Source: an uncultured Oscillospiraceae bacterium (GTDB taxonomy: Bacteria > Bacillota > Clostridia > Oscillospirales > Ruminococcaceae). Taken from it: DNA of 29,212 nt. Of the stretch, positions 9,720 to 19,408 are shown piece after piece. Every line of letters starts with the position of its first letter. Position 1 is the stretch's first letter. The stretch spans positions 4,162-33,373 of the forward strand of contig CAZYZR010000001.1 of the NCBI GenBank assembly GCA_964651945.1. Direction: 5' to 3'. Both the position numbers and the translations under genes were made by a program. Under the pieces are notes generated by a model. It saw only the letters and a list, made by a program, of their open reading frames with translations. It had not been told where the DNA came from and did no database searches.

Positions 9720-10224
9720 GGAAGAAATCAGACAGATTGTTCGGGACCTGGGAAGACAGATAACCCGGGATTATGAGGGCAAAAACCTTTATCTCATAAC
9801 CGTCCTCAAAGGTGCAGTGGTATTCCTGTCTGATCTTATAAGGTCCATAGGATGTCACTGCGAGCTGGATTTTATGGTTGTCTCGTCCTATGGGTCCGGG
9901 ACGAAATCCTCCGGAAACGTGAAGATTGTAAAGGACATAGATGTTCCACTTGAGGGCAAGGATGTTCTTATAGTTGAGGATATACTGGATTCCGGGCTGA
10001 CTCTTCACTTTCTTATGGACCTTCTGGCCAGCCGACATCCGAAAAGTATGGAAATTTGCACTCTTCTGGATAAGCCGAGCCACAGAGCCTGTGATGTAAA
10101 TGCCAAGTATATAGGAAAACAGATTCCGGATGAATTTGTCATAGGTTACGGGCTTGATTACAACGAAAAATACCGCAATCTTCCGTTTATAGGCGTTCTC
10201 AAACCGGAAGTCTATACTGAATAA
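9685..10224 (+). CDS. hpt: Hypoxanthine phosphoribosyltransferase
   Basis: [40 protein letters not shown]; start at ATG 9685 after GGAGGGG; overlaps tilS by 35 nt. Confidence 0.95.
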   Translation: MLEDVANILISEEEIRQIVRDLGRQITRDYEGKNLYLITVLKGAVVFLSDLIRSIGCHCELDFMVVSSYGSGTKSSGNVKIVKDIDVPLEGKDVLIVEDILDSGLTLHFLMDLLASRHPKSMEICTLLDKPSHRACDVNAKYIGKQIPDEFVIGYGLDYNEKYRNLPFIGVLKPEVYTE

Positions 10225-10252
10225 ATCTAAACAGAGCAAAGGAGAACTTCTT

Positions 10253-12253
10253 TTGACCAAACAGAGAAACAGGGGCCAGATTCCCTTTATAGCATTACTG
10301 CTTCTGCTTATAGTGCTGGCTGTCATACTTAGCAGGCCGACGCAGACTACTGATCTGCGGACAAGCGAGGTCATCGACCTTTTCCGCAACCATCAGGTGA
10401 CTGCTTATGAGTTGAATCTCGGAAACGGAAATATTGAAATTGATGTAGCCGGCAGTGACGAAAATATTATCTACAAGGTCCCAGATGTCTACTCTTTCCT
10501 TGAAAAGATAGACCCTTATGTGGACGAGTACAATGAGCGGCATCCCAACAACCCGATGCTTTACAACTGGATAGTGCCTATGTCGCTTCCGGGCTGGGTA
10601 AGCATAATTCCGTATATTATAATGATCGGCTTCCTTGGCTTTATGTTCTACATGATGTACAGCCAGCAAGGGGGAGGGCGAGGTGCCGCTGTAGGCAGGG
10701 TAAAGACCAAAGATGCCTCTGAAAGCGCCCAGAAGAAAACATTCCGGGATGTGGCAGGTGCGGACGAGGAAAAAGAGGAGCTCGTTGAGATTGTCCAGTT
10801 CCTCCGCAACCCATCCAAATACAATTCCCTGGGGGCCAGAATTCCAAAAGGCGTGCTGCTTGTGGGGCCTCCCGGCACAGGTAAAACTCTTCTGGCCAAG
10901 GCAACCGCAGGTGAGGCCGGAGTCCCGTTCTTCTCAATTTCCGGTTCTGATTTCATAGAGCTGTATGTAGGCGTTGGCGCATCCAGGGTAAGAGACCTCT
11001 TTGAAAAAGCCAAGAAAAATTCGCCTTCGATTATATTTATAGATGAAATTGATGCTGTCGGTCGTCAGAGAGGCGCAGGCCTCGGCGGAGGGCAGGATGA
11101 AAGGGAGCAGACCTTAAACCAGCTGCTTGTCGAAATGGACGGGTTTACCGCAAATGAAGGGGTTGTTGTAATGGCGGCTACAAACCGTGCGGATATCCTG
11201 GACCAGGCTCTGCTTCGTGCCGGCCGCTTTGACAGGCAGATATATGTGGGTACCCCTGATATAAAGGGTAGGGAAGAGATTCTGAAAGTCCACTTCAGAG
11301 GCAAGCCTATGGGACCGGATATAGACCTCAAGGCTGTGGCAAAGGCTACTCCCGGATTTACAGGTGCGGACCTTGAAAACCTGGTGAACGAGGCTGCTCT
11401 TATGGCAGCAAAGAAGGGCAAAAAAGCCATAACCCAGGCTGAAATTGACCGGGCCACAATCAAAGTCATAGCCGGCCCTGAAAAGAAATCAAAGGTAGTG
11501 ACCCCCCAGGAAAAACGCCTTGTTTCCTTCCACGAGGCAGGACATGCAGTTGCCCATTACTACTGTCCCACTGCTGACAAAGTGCAGGAGATTTCCATTA
11601 TACCCAGGGGCATGGCAGGGGGCTACACTATGGCACTTCCTGAAAACGATGTAAACTACCGCACAAAGACCCAGATGAGTGAACAGATTGTCACCCTGCT
11701 GGGAGGTCGCTGTGCTGAGCGGCTTATACTTGATGACATTTCAACCGGAGCGTCCAACGACCTTGAAAGAGTCACTGACCTGGCAAAATCCATGGTGACT
11801 CGATACGGGTTCTCGGAGAAACTTGGAAATGTGGTTTATGGCAGCGACCCGAGCCAGACATTCCTCGGCCGTGATTACAGTCAGGGCAAAGTATATTCAG
11901 AGGCCGTAGCGGGTGAAATCGATGTGGAAGTCCGCAAAATAGTGGATGAAGCCTACCGGAAATGTATGGACATTCTCAGCGAGCACGAGGACAAACTGCG
12001 CATAGTCGCCCGGGAACTTATGGAAAAAGAGAGAATTTCCGGCCGGAGATTTGCTCAGCTTATGGCTGACGATTACGATCCGGAAAAGGACGGCGGAAAT
12101 GCGGTTGACATTGACCTTTCGGCAAAGCATTCTGCAGCGGCAGGGCTTTCAGAAAAAGAAATTTCTGAGGCATCCTCACCTGATACACAGGTTTCTGCCC
12201 AGAAGTCCGATACTGCAGAAGATGGCGGACGGCCGGGATCTGAAAATAAATGA
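10253..12253 (+). CDS. ftsH: ATP-dependent zinc metalloprotease FtsH
   Basis: 666 aa, TTG start after AAAGGAG; two TM helices, [30 protein letters not shown]; low-complexity C-terminal tail. Confidence 0.97.
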   Translation: MTKQRNRGQIPFIALLLLLIVLAVILSRPTQTTDLRTSEVIDLFRNHQVTAYELNLGNGNIEIDVAGSDENIIYKVPDVYSFLEKIDPYVDEYNERHPNNPMLYNWIVPMSLPGWVSIIPYIIMIGFLGFMFYMMYSQQGGGRGAAVGRVKTKDASESAQKKTFRDVAGADEEKEELVEIVQFLRNPSKYNSLGARIPKGVLLVGPPGTGKTLLAKATAGEAGVPFFSISGSDFIELYVGVGASRVRDLFEKAKKNSPSIIFIDEIDAVGRQRGAGLGGGQDEREQTLNQLLVEMDGFTANEGVVVMAATNRADILDQALLRAGRFDRQIYVGTPDIKGREEILKVHFRGKPMGPDIDLKAVAKATPGFTGADLENLVNEAALMAAKKGKKAITQAEIDRATIKVIAGPEKKSKVVTPQEKRLVSFHEAGHAVAHYYCPTADKVQEISIIPRGMAGGYTMALPENDVNYRTKTQMSEQIVTLLGGRCAERLILDDISTGASNDLERVTDLAKSMVTRYGFSEKLGNVVYGSDPSQTFLGRDYSQGKVYSEAVAGEIDVEVRKIVDEAYRKCMDILSEHEDKLRIVARELMEKERISGRRFAQLMADDYDPEKDGGNAVDIDLSAKHSAAAGLSEKEISEASSPDTQVSAQKSDTAEDGGRPGSENK

Positions 12254-12344
12254 GCAAATCCTAAGTTTTTTGCAATAAATGTTGCAGGCTTTAAAGATCA
12301 TCTGCAGTTTTATACGGGATAATTGATTTTTAAATTCAGATAAC

Positions 12345-12375
12345 AGGCAGGGCAGGAAAGCCCTGCCTTTCATTT
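12345..12375 (+). terminator. Rho-independent terminator after ftsH
   Basis: AGGCAGGGC-aggaaa-GCCCTGCCT 9-bp stem followed by TTCATTT. Confidence 0.7.
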
Positions 12376-12398
12376 GAAACGGCACGGACCTTGTAAAC

Positions 12399-12428
12399 TT
12401 GACAAAAAAGCTTTTAATGTAATAAGAT
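12399..12428 (+). promoter_or_regulatory. Sigma-A promoter for topoisomerase pair (TTGACA-18-TAAGAT)
   Basis: Perfect -35 at 12399-12404; -10-like TAAGAT at 12423-12428. Confidence 0.55.
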
Positions 12429-12470
12429 ATTTATTCAAGCTGCATTTTCACATATTAATGAGAGGTACAG

Positions 12471-14456
12471 ATGGCGTCAAAAAAACAGGATTATACAAAT
12501 GAAAGTATAACTATGTTAAAAGGAGCTGACAGAGTCAGGCTCCGCCCTGCTGTCATATTCGGCTCAGATGGCATTGAGGGCTGTCAGCAGGCAATATTCG
12601 AAGTGATAACAAACAGCATAGATGAGGCCAGAGAGGGGTACGGGAAAAAGATAACGGTTACCCGCTTTGAGGATGGGAGCATTCAGGTGGAGGACATGGC
12701 CAGGGGCATACCTGTGGACTACAACGCCAGAGAGAAAAGGTACAACTGGGAACTGATATTCTGTGAGATGTATGCAGGGGGAAAATACAACAACAATCTG
12801 GGGGAAAACTACGAGTTTTCCCTGGGACTTAATGGTCTGGGCCTCTGTGCCACACAATATGCCAGCAGCTATATGACAGTAGACATAACGAGGGACGGCT
12901 TTGACTATCACCTTGATTTTGAAAAAGGCGAGAACATAGGCGGCCTTTCAAAGAAACCCACCGTTAAGAAGGGAACCGGCAGCACTGTAAAGTGGAAGCC
13001 AGACGATGAGGTTTTCAGTGACATCGATGTTCCCGCTGAATTTTTTACTGATACTCTTAAGAGACAGGCCATTGTAAACCCAGGGATCCTTTTTGTTTTC
13101 AGGAATCAAACCGGAAAAGGATTTGAGACGGAGCAGTTTATATATGAAAATGGGATCCGGGATTACGTGCGGGAGCTTGCGGGGGATGATGCGATTTCAA
13201 AGATAATAACGAATTCCGGCGAGGACACCGGCCGCGACAGGCCGGATATGCCCGAATACAAGCTGAAAATGAATGTGGCATATGCTTTTTCCAATAAGAC
13301 AAATGTAATTGAGTATTACCACAATTCCAGCTATCTGGAGCATGGCGGCAGTCCTGACAAGGCCCTCAGAAGTGCATTTGTCAGTCAGTTTGATGCTTTC
13401 CTGAAAACGAAAGGGCTTTATAAGAAAAACGAATCCAAAATAAAATTTGAGGACATTCAGGATTGTCTTATATTTGTTTCCAGCTGTTTTTCAACTGTCA
13501 CGAGCTACGAAAACCAGACGAAAAAAGCCATAACCAACAAATTCATAGCTCAGTCTATGACCGAATTTTTAAAAAGAAGCCTGGAAGTTTATTTTGTTGA
13601 GAATCCCGATGAGGCCCTGAAAGTTGCAGGCCAGGTGCTTGTAAACAAACAGAGCCGAGAACAGGCGGACAGAACCAGGCAGGGGCTGAAGAAAACTCTC
13701 TCTGCCCAGATGGATATCACCAACAGGGTGCAGAAATTTGTGGACTGCCGCTCAAAGGACGTAAGCGAGAGGGAAATATATATTGTGGAAGGTGACTCCG
13801 CTCTGGGTTCCTGCAAGACCAGCAGGGACGCAAGTTTCCAGGCCCTGATGCCCGTAAGAGGCAAAATACTGAACTGTCTCAAGTGCGACTATGAGAGAAT
13901 ATTCAAAAGCGATATCATAACAGACCTCATCAAAGTTCTTGGGTGCGGCGTGGAATGTCCTGCCAAATACCGAGTAAACGGAATATCCACTTTCAACATT
14001 GATAATCTGAGGTGGAACAAAGTAATAATCTGCACGGATGCTGATGTGGACGGATTTCAGATAAGGACACTTATACTCACCATGATTTACCGCCTTACCC
14101 CTGCCCTTATAGATGAGGGGAAGGTGTTCATTGCGGAAAGCCCGCTTTATGAAATAAACTGCGGCGATAAGACATATTTTGCATATAACGAAGCTGAAAA
14201 AACAGATGTGCTGGGCAGGATTGGAGACAAAAAATACACCATACAGCGCTCAAAGGGACTAGGCGAAAATGAAGCAGAGATGATGTGGCTCACCACAATG
14301 AATCCTGCCACCAGACGACTGATAAGGGTACAGAAGTCAGATGTTGACAAGACCCGGGAGACTTTTGAACTGCTCCTCGGAAACAATCTTTCCGGAAGAA
14401 AACAATATATCCGGGATTATGGAGCCGACTACCTTGATCAGCTTGATATCTCTTAA
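12471..14456 (+). CDS. Type IIA DNA topoisomerase subunit B (GyrB/ParE family, divergent clostridial type)
   Basis: 661 aa; GHKL EVITNSIDE, DMARGIP, MYAGGKY, GLNGLG; TOPRIM VEGDSA, PVRGK, TDADVDG, RSKGLGE. Confidence 0.92.
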   Translation: MASKKQDYTNESITMLKGADRVRLRPAVIFGSDGIEGCQQAIFEVITNSIDEAREGYGKKITVTRFEDGSIQVEDMARGIPVDYNAREKRYNWELIFCEMYAGGKYNNNLGENYEFSLGLNGLGLCATQYASSYMTVDITRDGFDYHLDFEKGENIGGLSKKPTVKKGTGSTVKWKPDDEVFSDIDVPAEFFTDTLKRQAIVNPGILFVFRNQTGKGFETEQFIYENGIRDYVRELAGDDAISKIITNSGEDTGRDRPDMPEYKLKMNVAYAFSNKTNVIEYYHNSSYLEHGGSPDKALRSAFVSQFDAFLKTKGLYKKNESKIKFEDIQDCLIFVSSCFSTVTSYENQTKKAITNKFIAQSMTEFLKRSLEVYFVENPDEALKVAGQVLVNKQSREQADRTRQGLKKTLSAQMDITNRVQKFVDCRSKDVSEREIYIVEGDSALGSCKTSRDASFQALMPVRGKILNCLKCDYERIFKSDIITDLIKVLGCGVECPAKYRVNGISTFNIDNLRWNKVIICTDADVDGFQIRTLILTMIYRLTPALIDEGKVFIAESPLYEINCGDKTYFAYNEAEKTDVLGRIGDKKYTIQRSKGLGENEAEMMWLTTMNPATRRLIRVQKSDVDKTRETFELLLGNNLSGRKQYIRDYGADYLDQLDIS

Positions 14457-14479
14457 ATCAGACACCCGGGGAGGACAAG

Positions 14480-16729
14480 ATGCCTAAGAAAAAACAGAAG
14501 AAAGCGCCGGAAGCCAGAAAGCCGGCTCTCGACGAAAATGTGGAGATCCTCTACGCAGGGGAAGTGGTGGACAGCGAAATAACAAAGACGCTGAAGGACA
14601 ACTATATGCCCTATGCCATGAGTTCAATCATCTCCAGGGCACTGCCTGAGATAGACGGGTTCAAGCCCAGCCACAGAAAATTGCTTTACACCATGTATAC
14701 TATGGGTCTGTTGAAAGGGCCCAGGACGAAGTCTGCCAATATAGTGGGACAGACTATGAAGCTCAATCCTCACGGGGACGCTGCGATATACGAGACGATG
14801 GTCAGGCTGGCCAGGGGAAACGAGAGCCTTCTTGTTCCCTTTGTGGACAGCAAGGGAAATTTCGGCAAGGCATACAGCAGGGATATGGCATACGCGGCCG
14901 CAAGATACACCGAGGCAAAACTTGAGCCGGTCTGTGAAGAACTGTTCGGGGATATAGAGAGCGACACAGTGGATTTCGTGGACAATTACGATTCCACTAT
15001 GAAGGAACCCACGCTTCTCCCGGTAACTTTTCCGAATATTCTTACAAACAATACTCTCGGAATTGCGGTGAGTATGGCCAGCTCCATCTGTTCCTTCAAT
15101 CTCCGGGAGGTGTGCCGAACTACAATATCACTGATAAAAGACCCTTCCCACAGCGTGAAGGATACCCTTCTCGCCCCTGATTTTGTGGGCGGAGGACAGA
15201 TTTTATACGATGAGAGTGACATTGACCGGATATACGATACCGGCAGAGGCTCTGTAAAAGTCAGAAGCAAGTGGCAGTACATAAAGGATGGCAATATGGT
15301 GGAAGTCAGTGAAATTCCTCCCACAGCCACAGTCGAAGCCATAATGGACAAGGTTTCGGAACTTGTAAAAGCCGGGAAAATAAAAGAAATCAGCGACATG
15401 AGGGATGAGACCGATCTGAATGGACTCAGGCTTACATTTGACCTTAAAAGGGGAACGGACCCTGAGAAGTTTATGCGGAAAATGTTCAGACTCACACCTC
15501 TCGAAGACGCTTTTTCTGCCAATTTCAACATTCTCGTTGGCGGTGTGCCCACTGTGATGGGGATAAAGGACATAATCACAGAGTGGGTGGCTTTCAGGAC
15601 GGAGTGCATAAAAAGAAGGACTTATTTTGAACTTGAGGGTAAAAGGGAGCGCCTGCACCTTATAGAGGGGCTTGAGGCAATCCTTCTGGACATTGACAAG
15701 GCAATCGACATAGTGAGAAACACCCGGGATGAAAAAGATGTGGTGCCAAATCTAATGATAGGTTTCGGAATAGACCAGGTCCAGGCGGAATACGTGGCAG
15801 AAATACGCCTGCGCCAGCTTAACAGAAACTATATACTGAAAAGGGCACAAGAGAAAAACGAGCTCAAAACCCGGATAACTGACCTTGAAGATATCCTGAA
15901 AAAAAGATCCAGGGTAAAGGAAATAATCATCTCTGAACTTGAAAATGTAATAAAAAAATACTCCGTTCCGAGGAAGAGCGAAATTATTTACGGAACCACA
16001 TCCCTCCGGGAGGACGAAAATTCAAGTGAAGACAGCCAGTATCCTGTTCATTTTCTTTTTACGAAACAGGGATACGCAAAAAAAATACTGCCCCGGTCCC
16101 TCAGAGGAGGAGGGGAGCAGAAACTCAAGGACGGGGATGAGATAGTTCTGATGCAGGAAGCCACCAGCGGCACCGATGCCCTTTTCTTTACCGACAAAGC
16201 TCAGGTTTACAAGTCTTCACTGTCCGCCTTTTCAGATTCCAGGGCCTCATCTCTGGGGGAGTATGTTCCCGCAAAACTGGAAATGGAGGAAGGGGAGAAT
16301 ATTCTTTTCACAGTACTCACGGATGACTATTCGGGTTTTCTTGTATTCTGTTTCGATAACGGAAAAGCTGCCAGGATCCCGTTGTCCAGCTATCGGACTA
16401 AGCAGAACCGCAGAAAACTAATAAACGCATTTTCCGACAAATCCGGTCTCGTCTCATTGCTGAAATTTTCAGAGGAGGAGGATATTGTTTTTGTCTCCTC
16501 CGCAAACAGGGCCCTGACGGTAAACACAGCGCAGATACCTGAGAAAACCACAAAGAGCAGCATAGGCGTCCAGGTCCAGAACCTAAAAAAGAATCAGACG
16601 GTGAAAGAGGTTTTTAGAGCCATGGACAGTGGGATCGCAAATGTTCAGAAGTTCCGCACCCGCAATATTCCTGCCCTCGGCTCATTCTTAAAGGACGGGG
16701 ATATAGGGGAGCAGACAACCCTTGTTTAA
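14480..16729 (+). CDS. Type IIA DNA topoisomerase subunit A (GyrA/ParC family, probably Topo IV-like)
   Basis: 749 aa; YMPYAMS, RALPEIDGFKPSHRK, PHGD, AARYTE (catalytic Tyr), IPPT; short C-terminal domain with no intact QxRGGKG GyrA-box. Confidence 0.92.
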   Translation: MPKKKQKKAPEARKPALDENVEILYAGEVVDSEITKTLKDNYMPYAMSSIISRALPEIDGFKPSHRKLLYTMYTMGLLKGPRTKSANIVGQTMKLNPHGDAAIYETMVRLARGNESLLVPFVDSKGNFGKAYSRDMAYAAARYTEAKLEPVCEELFGDIESDTVDFVDNYDSTMKEPTLLPVTFPNILTNNTLGIAVSMASSICSFNLREVCRTTISLIKDPSHSVKDTLLAPDFVGGGQILYDESDIDRIYDTGRGSVKVRSKWQYIKDGNMVEVSEIPPTATVEAIMDKVSELVKAGKIKEISDMRDETDLNGLRLTFDLKRGTDPEKFMRKMFRLTPLEDAFSANFNILVGGVPTVMGIKDIITEWVAFRTECIKRRTYFELEGKRERLHLIEGLEAILLDIDKAIDIVRNTRDEKDVVPNLMIGFGIDQVQAEYVAEIRLRQLNRNYILKRAQEKNELKTRITDLEDILKKRSRVKEIIISELENVIKKYSVPRKSEIIYGTTSLREDENSSEDSQYPVHFLFTKQGYAKKILPRSLRGGGEQKLKDGDEIVLMQEATSGTDALFFTDKAQVYKSSLSAFSDSRASSLGEYVPAKLEMEEGENILFTVLTDDYSGFLVFCFDNGKAARIPLSSYRTKQNRRKLINAFSDKSGLVSLLKFSEEEDIVFVSSANRALTVNTAQIPEKTTKSSIGVQVQNLKKNQTVKEVFRAMDSGIANVQKFRTRNIPALGSFLKDGDIGEQTTLV

Positions 16730-16867
16730 TTGTATTTGTTGCAGATGGCATTTTGCAAATCGGATATGTCCGGATTTAAAAAACCCGCGGGTTAAAAATA
16801 AATGGCCTTCAGGCGGAATCGGAGCAGAATTCAAATTTCATCAAAAGCAAATTAACTATTTTATCTA

Positions 16868-16896
16868 TTGCAAAAAGATTTTTATAAGAGTATAAT
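16868..16896 (+). promoter_or_regulatory. Sigma-A promoter for secG (TTGCAA-17-TATAAT)
   Basis: -35 at 16868-16873, 17-nt spacer, perfect -10 at 16891-16896. Confidence 0.75.
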
Positions 16897-16930
16897 TGTT
16901 AATACTTAGTAGTGAAGAGGTCAGATTCAG

Positions 16931-17170
16931 ATGGGCGTTTTTGAAATAATAGGCGGAGTATTGCTCATAGTGTGCGGCGTGATACTTATTCTTCTCATTA
17001 TGCCGCAGCAGCCCAGGGGAGGAATGGGCACGGTCGGAGGCGGGGATATGTTCTCCGACATGCGGACCCGTTCCGCAGATGCCAGAGCGGCAAAAGTTAC
17101 AAAGTATGTAGGGATTGCTTTCTTCGTGCTCGCTGTCGCAGTGGGTGCTATCAATATTTTTATAAAGTAG
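16931..17170 (+). CDS. secG: Preprotein translocase subunit SecG
   Basis: 79 aa; two hydrophobic helices around a Gly-rich loop (ILLILLIMPQQPRGGMGTVGGG); usual position before rnr. Confidence 0.85.
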   Translation: MGVFEIIGGVLLIVCGVILILLIMPQQPRGGMGTVGGGDMFSDMRTRSADARAAKVTKYVGIAFFVLAVAVGAINIFIK

Positions 17171-17186
17171 GAAAGAGAAACCACAG

Positions 17187-17215
17187 AAACCGCCCGGTGG
17201 AGGCGGTTTTTTATT
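17187..17215 (+). terminator. Rho-independent terminator after secG
   Basis: AAACCGCC-cggtgga-GGCGGTTT stem followed by TTTATT. Confidence 0.75.
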
Positions 17216-17246
17216 GCAGACAAAAAATAATCTATATAGGAGATAA

Positions 17247-19283
17247 ATGAGTAACAGAGAAATATTGGGAAAAGAAAAAAATGATGGTATCGTCAGGGCA
17301 AGGATAGTCAAAGTAAGAAACAACTTTGGATTTGCCCTTCCGGAGAATGGAAAAGAGGACATTTTTGTGCCTTCCCGGCGGTTGAAGGGTGCCCTGCCTG
17401 GGGACATAGTGAAACTGAAAATTCATTCCCGCGGGGGGAGAAAAGAGGGCCGGGTGGTGTCCTTTGAGGAGCCGAAGGAGACTTTCTCTGCGTATATTGT
17501 TGACGCGGGAGGAAGCTGCTGGGCTGCCCTTTCAGCCTGCCCCGATATTACTGTCAGAGTAAAAAATCGTGGCGATGCTGCAGGCGGAGACATCGCTATG
17601 GTCACTATAAACGGCAGAGGAACAAGGCACGAGGACCTCACGGCAACGGTAGTCAGGACTCTGGGAAAAATCCGGGACCGGGCAGGTGCGGTTAGAGTCG
17701 TCCTTGCGGAAAACGGAGCCGACAGGAAATTTACAGCCCGGGTGGAAAAACAGGCAAAAGCCGCTTACACTGATATTGATTTTGATAAGCGGACCGCAGG
17801 GAGAAAGGATTTTACAGATCTCTGCATATTTACAATAGACGGCGCTGACACAAAGGACATTGACGATGCAGTGTATGTCAGGAAAACCCCGGATGGTTTT
17901 ATTCTCGGAGTTTTTATAGCTGACGTCAGTTATTATATTCCCCGGGGCAGTCCGGTTGACGCGGAGCGGAAAGCCAGAGGGTCATCCATTTACTACGGCA
18001 ACAGTGTGATACCGATGCTTCCGGTCCGGTATTCAAATGATCTGTGTTCACTGAATCCGGGAGAAAAAAGGCTTTCTTTTGCCTGCATTATGGATATGGA
18101 CAACTCGGGCAAAATACAGAAATATGAGTTTACCAAGGCAGTGATATCCAGCAGGGTCAAGGGAGTTTATTCCGAAATAAACAAGATATTCGAAGGGCAG
18201 CGGTCAGAAGAAATAGAGGAAAAGTACAGCTGCGTTTCCTCTGTCATTCCGGATATTAAGCAGCTCTATGAAGTATTGAAAAACAGAAGAAAAGCCATAG
18301 GCAGCATGGACATAGAGAGCGATGAAGCAAAAATAATATTTGACGAAGAAGGCGGGGCGGTGGACATAAAGCGAAGGGAAAGCGGTCCCGCAGAGGAAAT
18401 GATAGAGGAATTTATGCTGTGTGCAAACCTCTGTGCTGCTGATTTTGCAGTCACTAATGGACTCCCATTTGTTTACAGAGTTCACGACGCACCTGACAAG
18501 GACAAGTTAGACAGCCTTAATATCATCCTGGCGAAAGCCGGACTTTCAGTATCTGCAAATGGGGATAAGACTTTGCAAAAATCCATGAGCGAGGCTCTTG
18601 ATGCGGCAAGGGGAACAAACTACGAGACTGTAATACACAGACGGGTTCTCCGCAGTCAGTCCAAAGCAGTTTACGATACCCGGCAGAAGTCCCATTTTGC
18701 CCTTTCAGCCCGGCATTACTCACATTTCACCAGTCCTATACGCAGATATGCCGACCTTACAATCCACAGAATCATGTCAGATTACCTTTCCGGGAAAAGG
18801 GAGGGTTTTGAATTATTGGCACAGGAAGGTGCTTCTCGGGCAAATGAGGGCGAAGCCCGCTCATTGACGGTAGAGAGGGACGCAACGGATATCTATGCGG
18901 CTGAGGTTATGAGCAGGCACATAGGCGATGAATACGAGGGAATAATAGTTTCGGTTACAAATTATGGGGTTTATGTATGCCTTGAAAACACCTGTGAAGG
19001 CCTTGTCCACGTTTCCCGACTTGATCTGATAGATCCTGAGATCACACCTGACGGACAGCTTTTTTGTCAGCTCACAGGTCAGCGATACGAAGTAGGACAG
19101 AATATAAAGGTAAAGGTTGCTTCTGTAAATATTCTCAAGGGAAACATTGATTTTGAGCCTGTGGCGGACAACAAGGAAAAAACCGGAAAAAATTCAGGCA
19201 AGAAAATTCCTGCCGGCAAAACGAAATCAACGGGAAGAAATACAAAAGGCAGTGCCGGAAATTCAGCAAAAAGGAGACATTGA
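17247..19283 (+). CDS. rnr: Ribonuclease R (RNB family)
   Basis: 678 aa; FTIDGADTKDIDDA catalytic motif, IADVSYY, MLP..SNDLCSL, IEEFML, HFTSPIRRYADL, S1 domain, basic tail; N-terminal HTH appears absent. Confidence 0.93.
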   Translation: MSNREILGKEKNDGIVRARIVKVRNNFGFALPENGKEDIFVPSRRLKGALPGDIVKLKIHSRGGRKEGRVVSFEEPKETFSAYIVDAGGSCWAALSACPDITVRVKNRGDAAGGDIAMVTINGRGTRHEDLTATVVRTLGKIRDRAGAVRVVLAENGADRKFTARVEKQAKAAYTDIDFDKRTAGRKDFTDLCIFTIDGADTKDIDDAVYVRKTPDGFILGVFIADVSYYIPRGSPVDAERKARGSSIYYGNSVIPMLPVRYSNDLCSLNPGEKRLSFACIMDMDNSGKIQKYEFTKAVISSRVKGVYSEINKIFEGQRSEEIEEKYSCVSSVIPDIKQLYEVLKNRRKAIGSMDIESDEAKIIFDEEGGAVDIKRRESGPAEEMIEEFMLCANLCAADFAVTNGLPFVYRVHDAPDKDKLDSLNIILAKAGLSVSANGDKTLQKSMSEALDAARGTNYETVIHRRVLRSQSKAVYDTRQKSHFALSARHYSHFTSPIRRYADLTIHRIMSDYLSGKREGFELLAQEGASRANEGEARSLTVERDATDIYAAEVMSRHIGDEYEGIIVSVTNYGVYVCLENTCEGLVHVSRLDLIDPEITPDGQLFCQLTGQRYEVGQNIKVKVASVNILKGNIDFEPVADNKEKTGKNSGKKIPAGKTKSTGRNTKGSAGNSAKRRH

Positions 19284-19408
19284 TTAATATGCAGTCCGGG
19301 CTTCGGCTTTATCTTCGCGCTGACAATTTGTGTTTTTGGGATATTTTCATTGCGAGCAAATTGTTGTAATATATTATCAAAATATTTTATTTGATTCAGA
19401 GGTGGATG

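Noticed and set aside
2772-12253. rnj-gdpP-rplI-dnaB-tilS-hpt-ftsH as a novel gene cluster
   Set aside because: Built from well-known conserved Bacillota linkages.
12060-12253. FtsH acidic, Ser/Ala-rich C-terminal tail
   Set aside because: Low-complexity variable tails are common in FtsH; there is no clear repeat unit.
16757-16793. Hairpin plus 12-bp palindrome AACCCGCGGGTT after the topoisomerase A gene
   Set aside because: May contribute to termination but has no U-tract and no second copy in the window.
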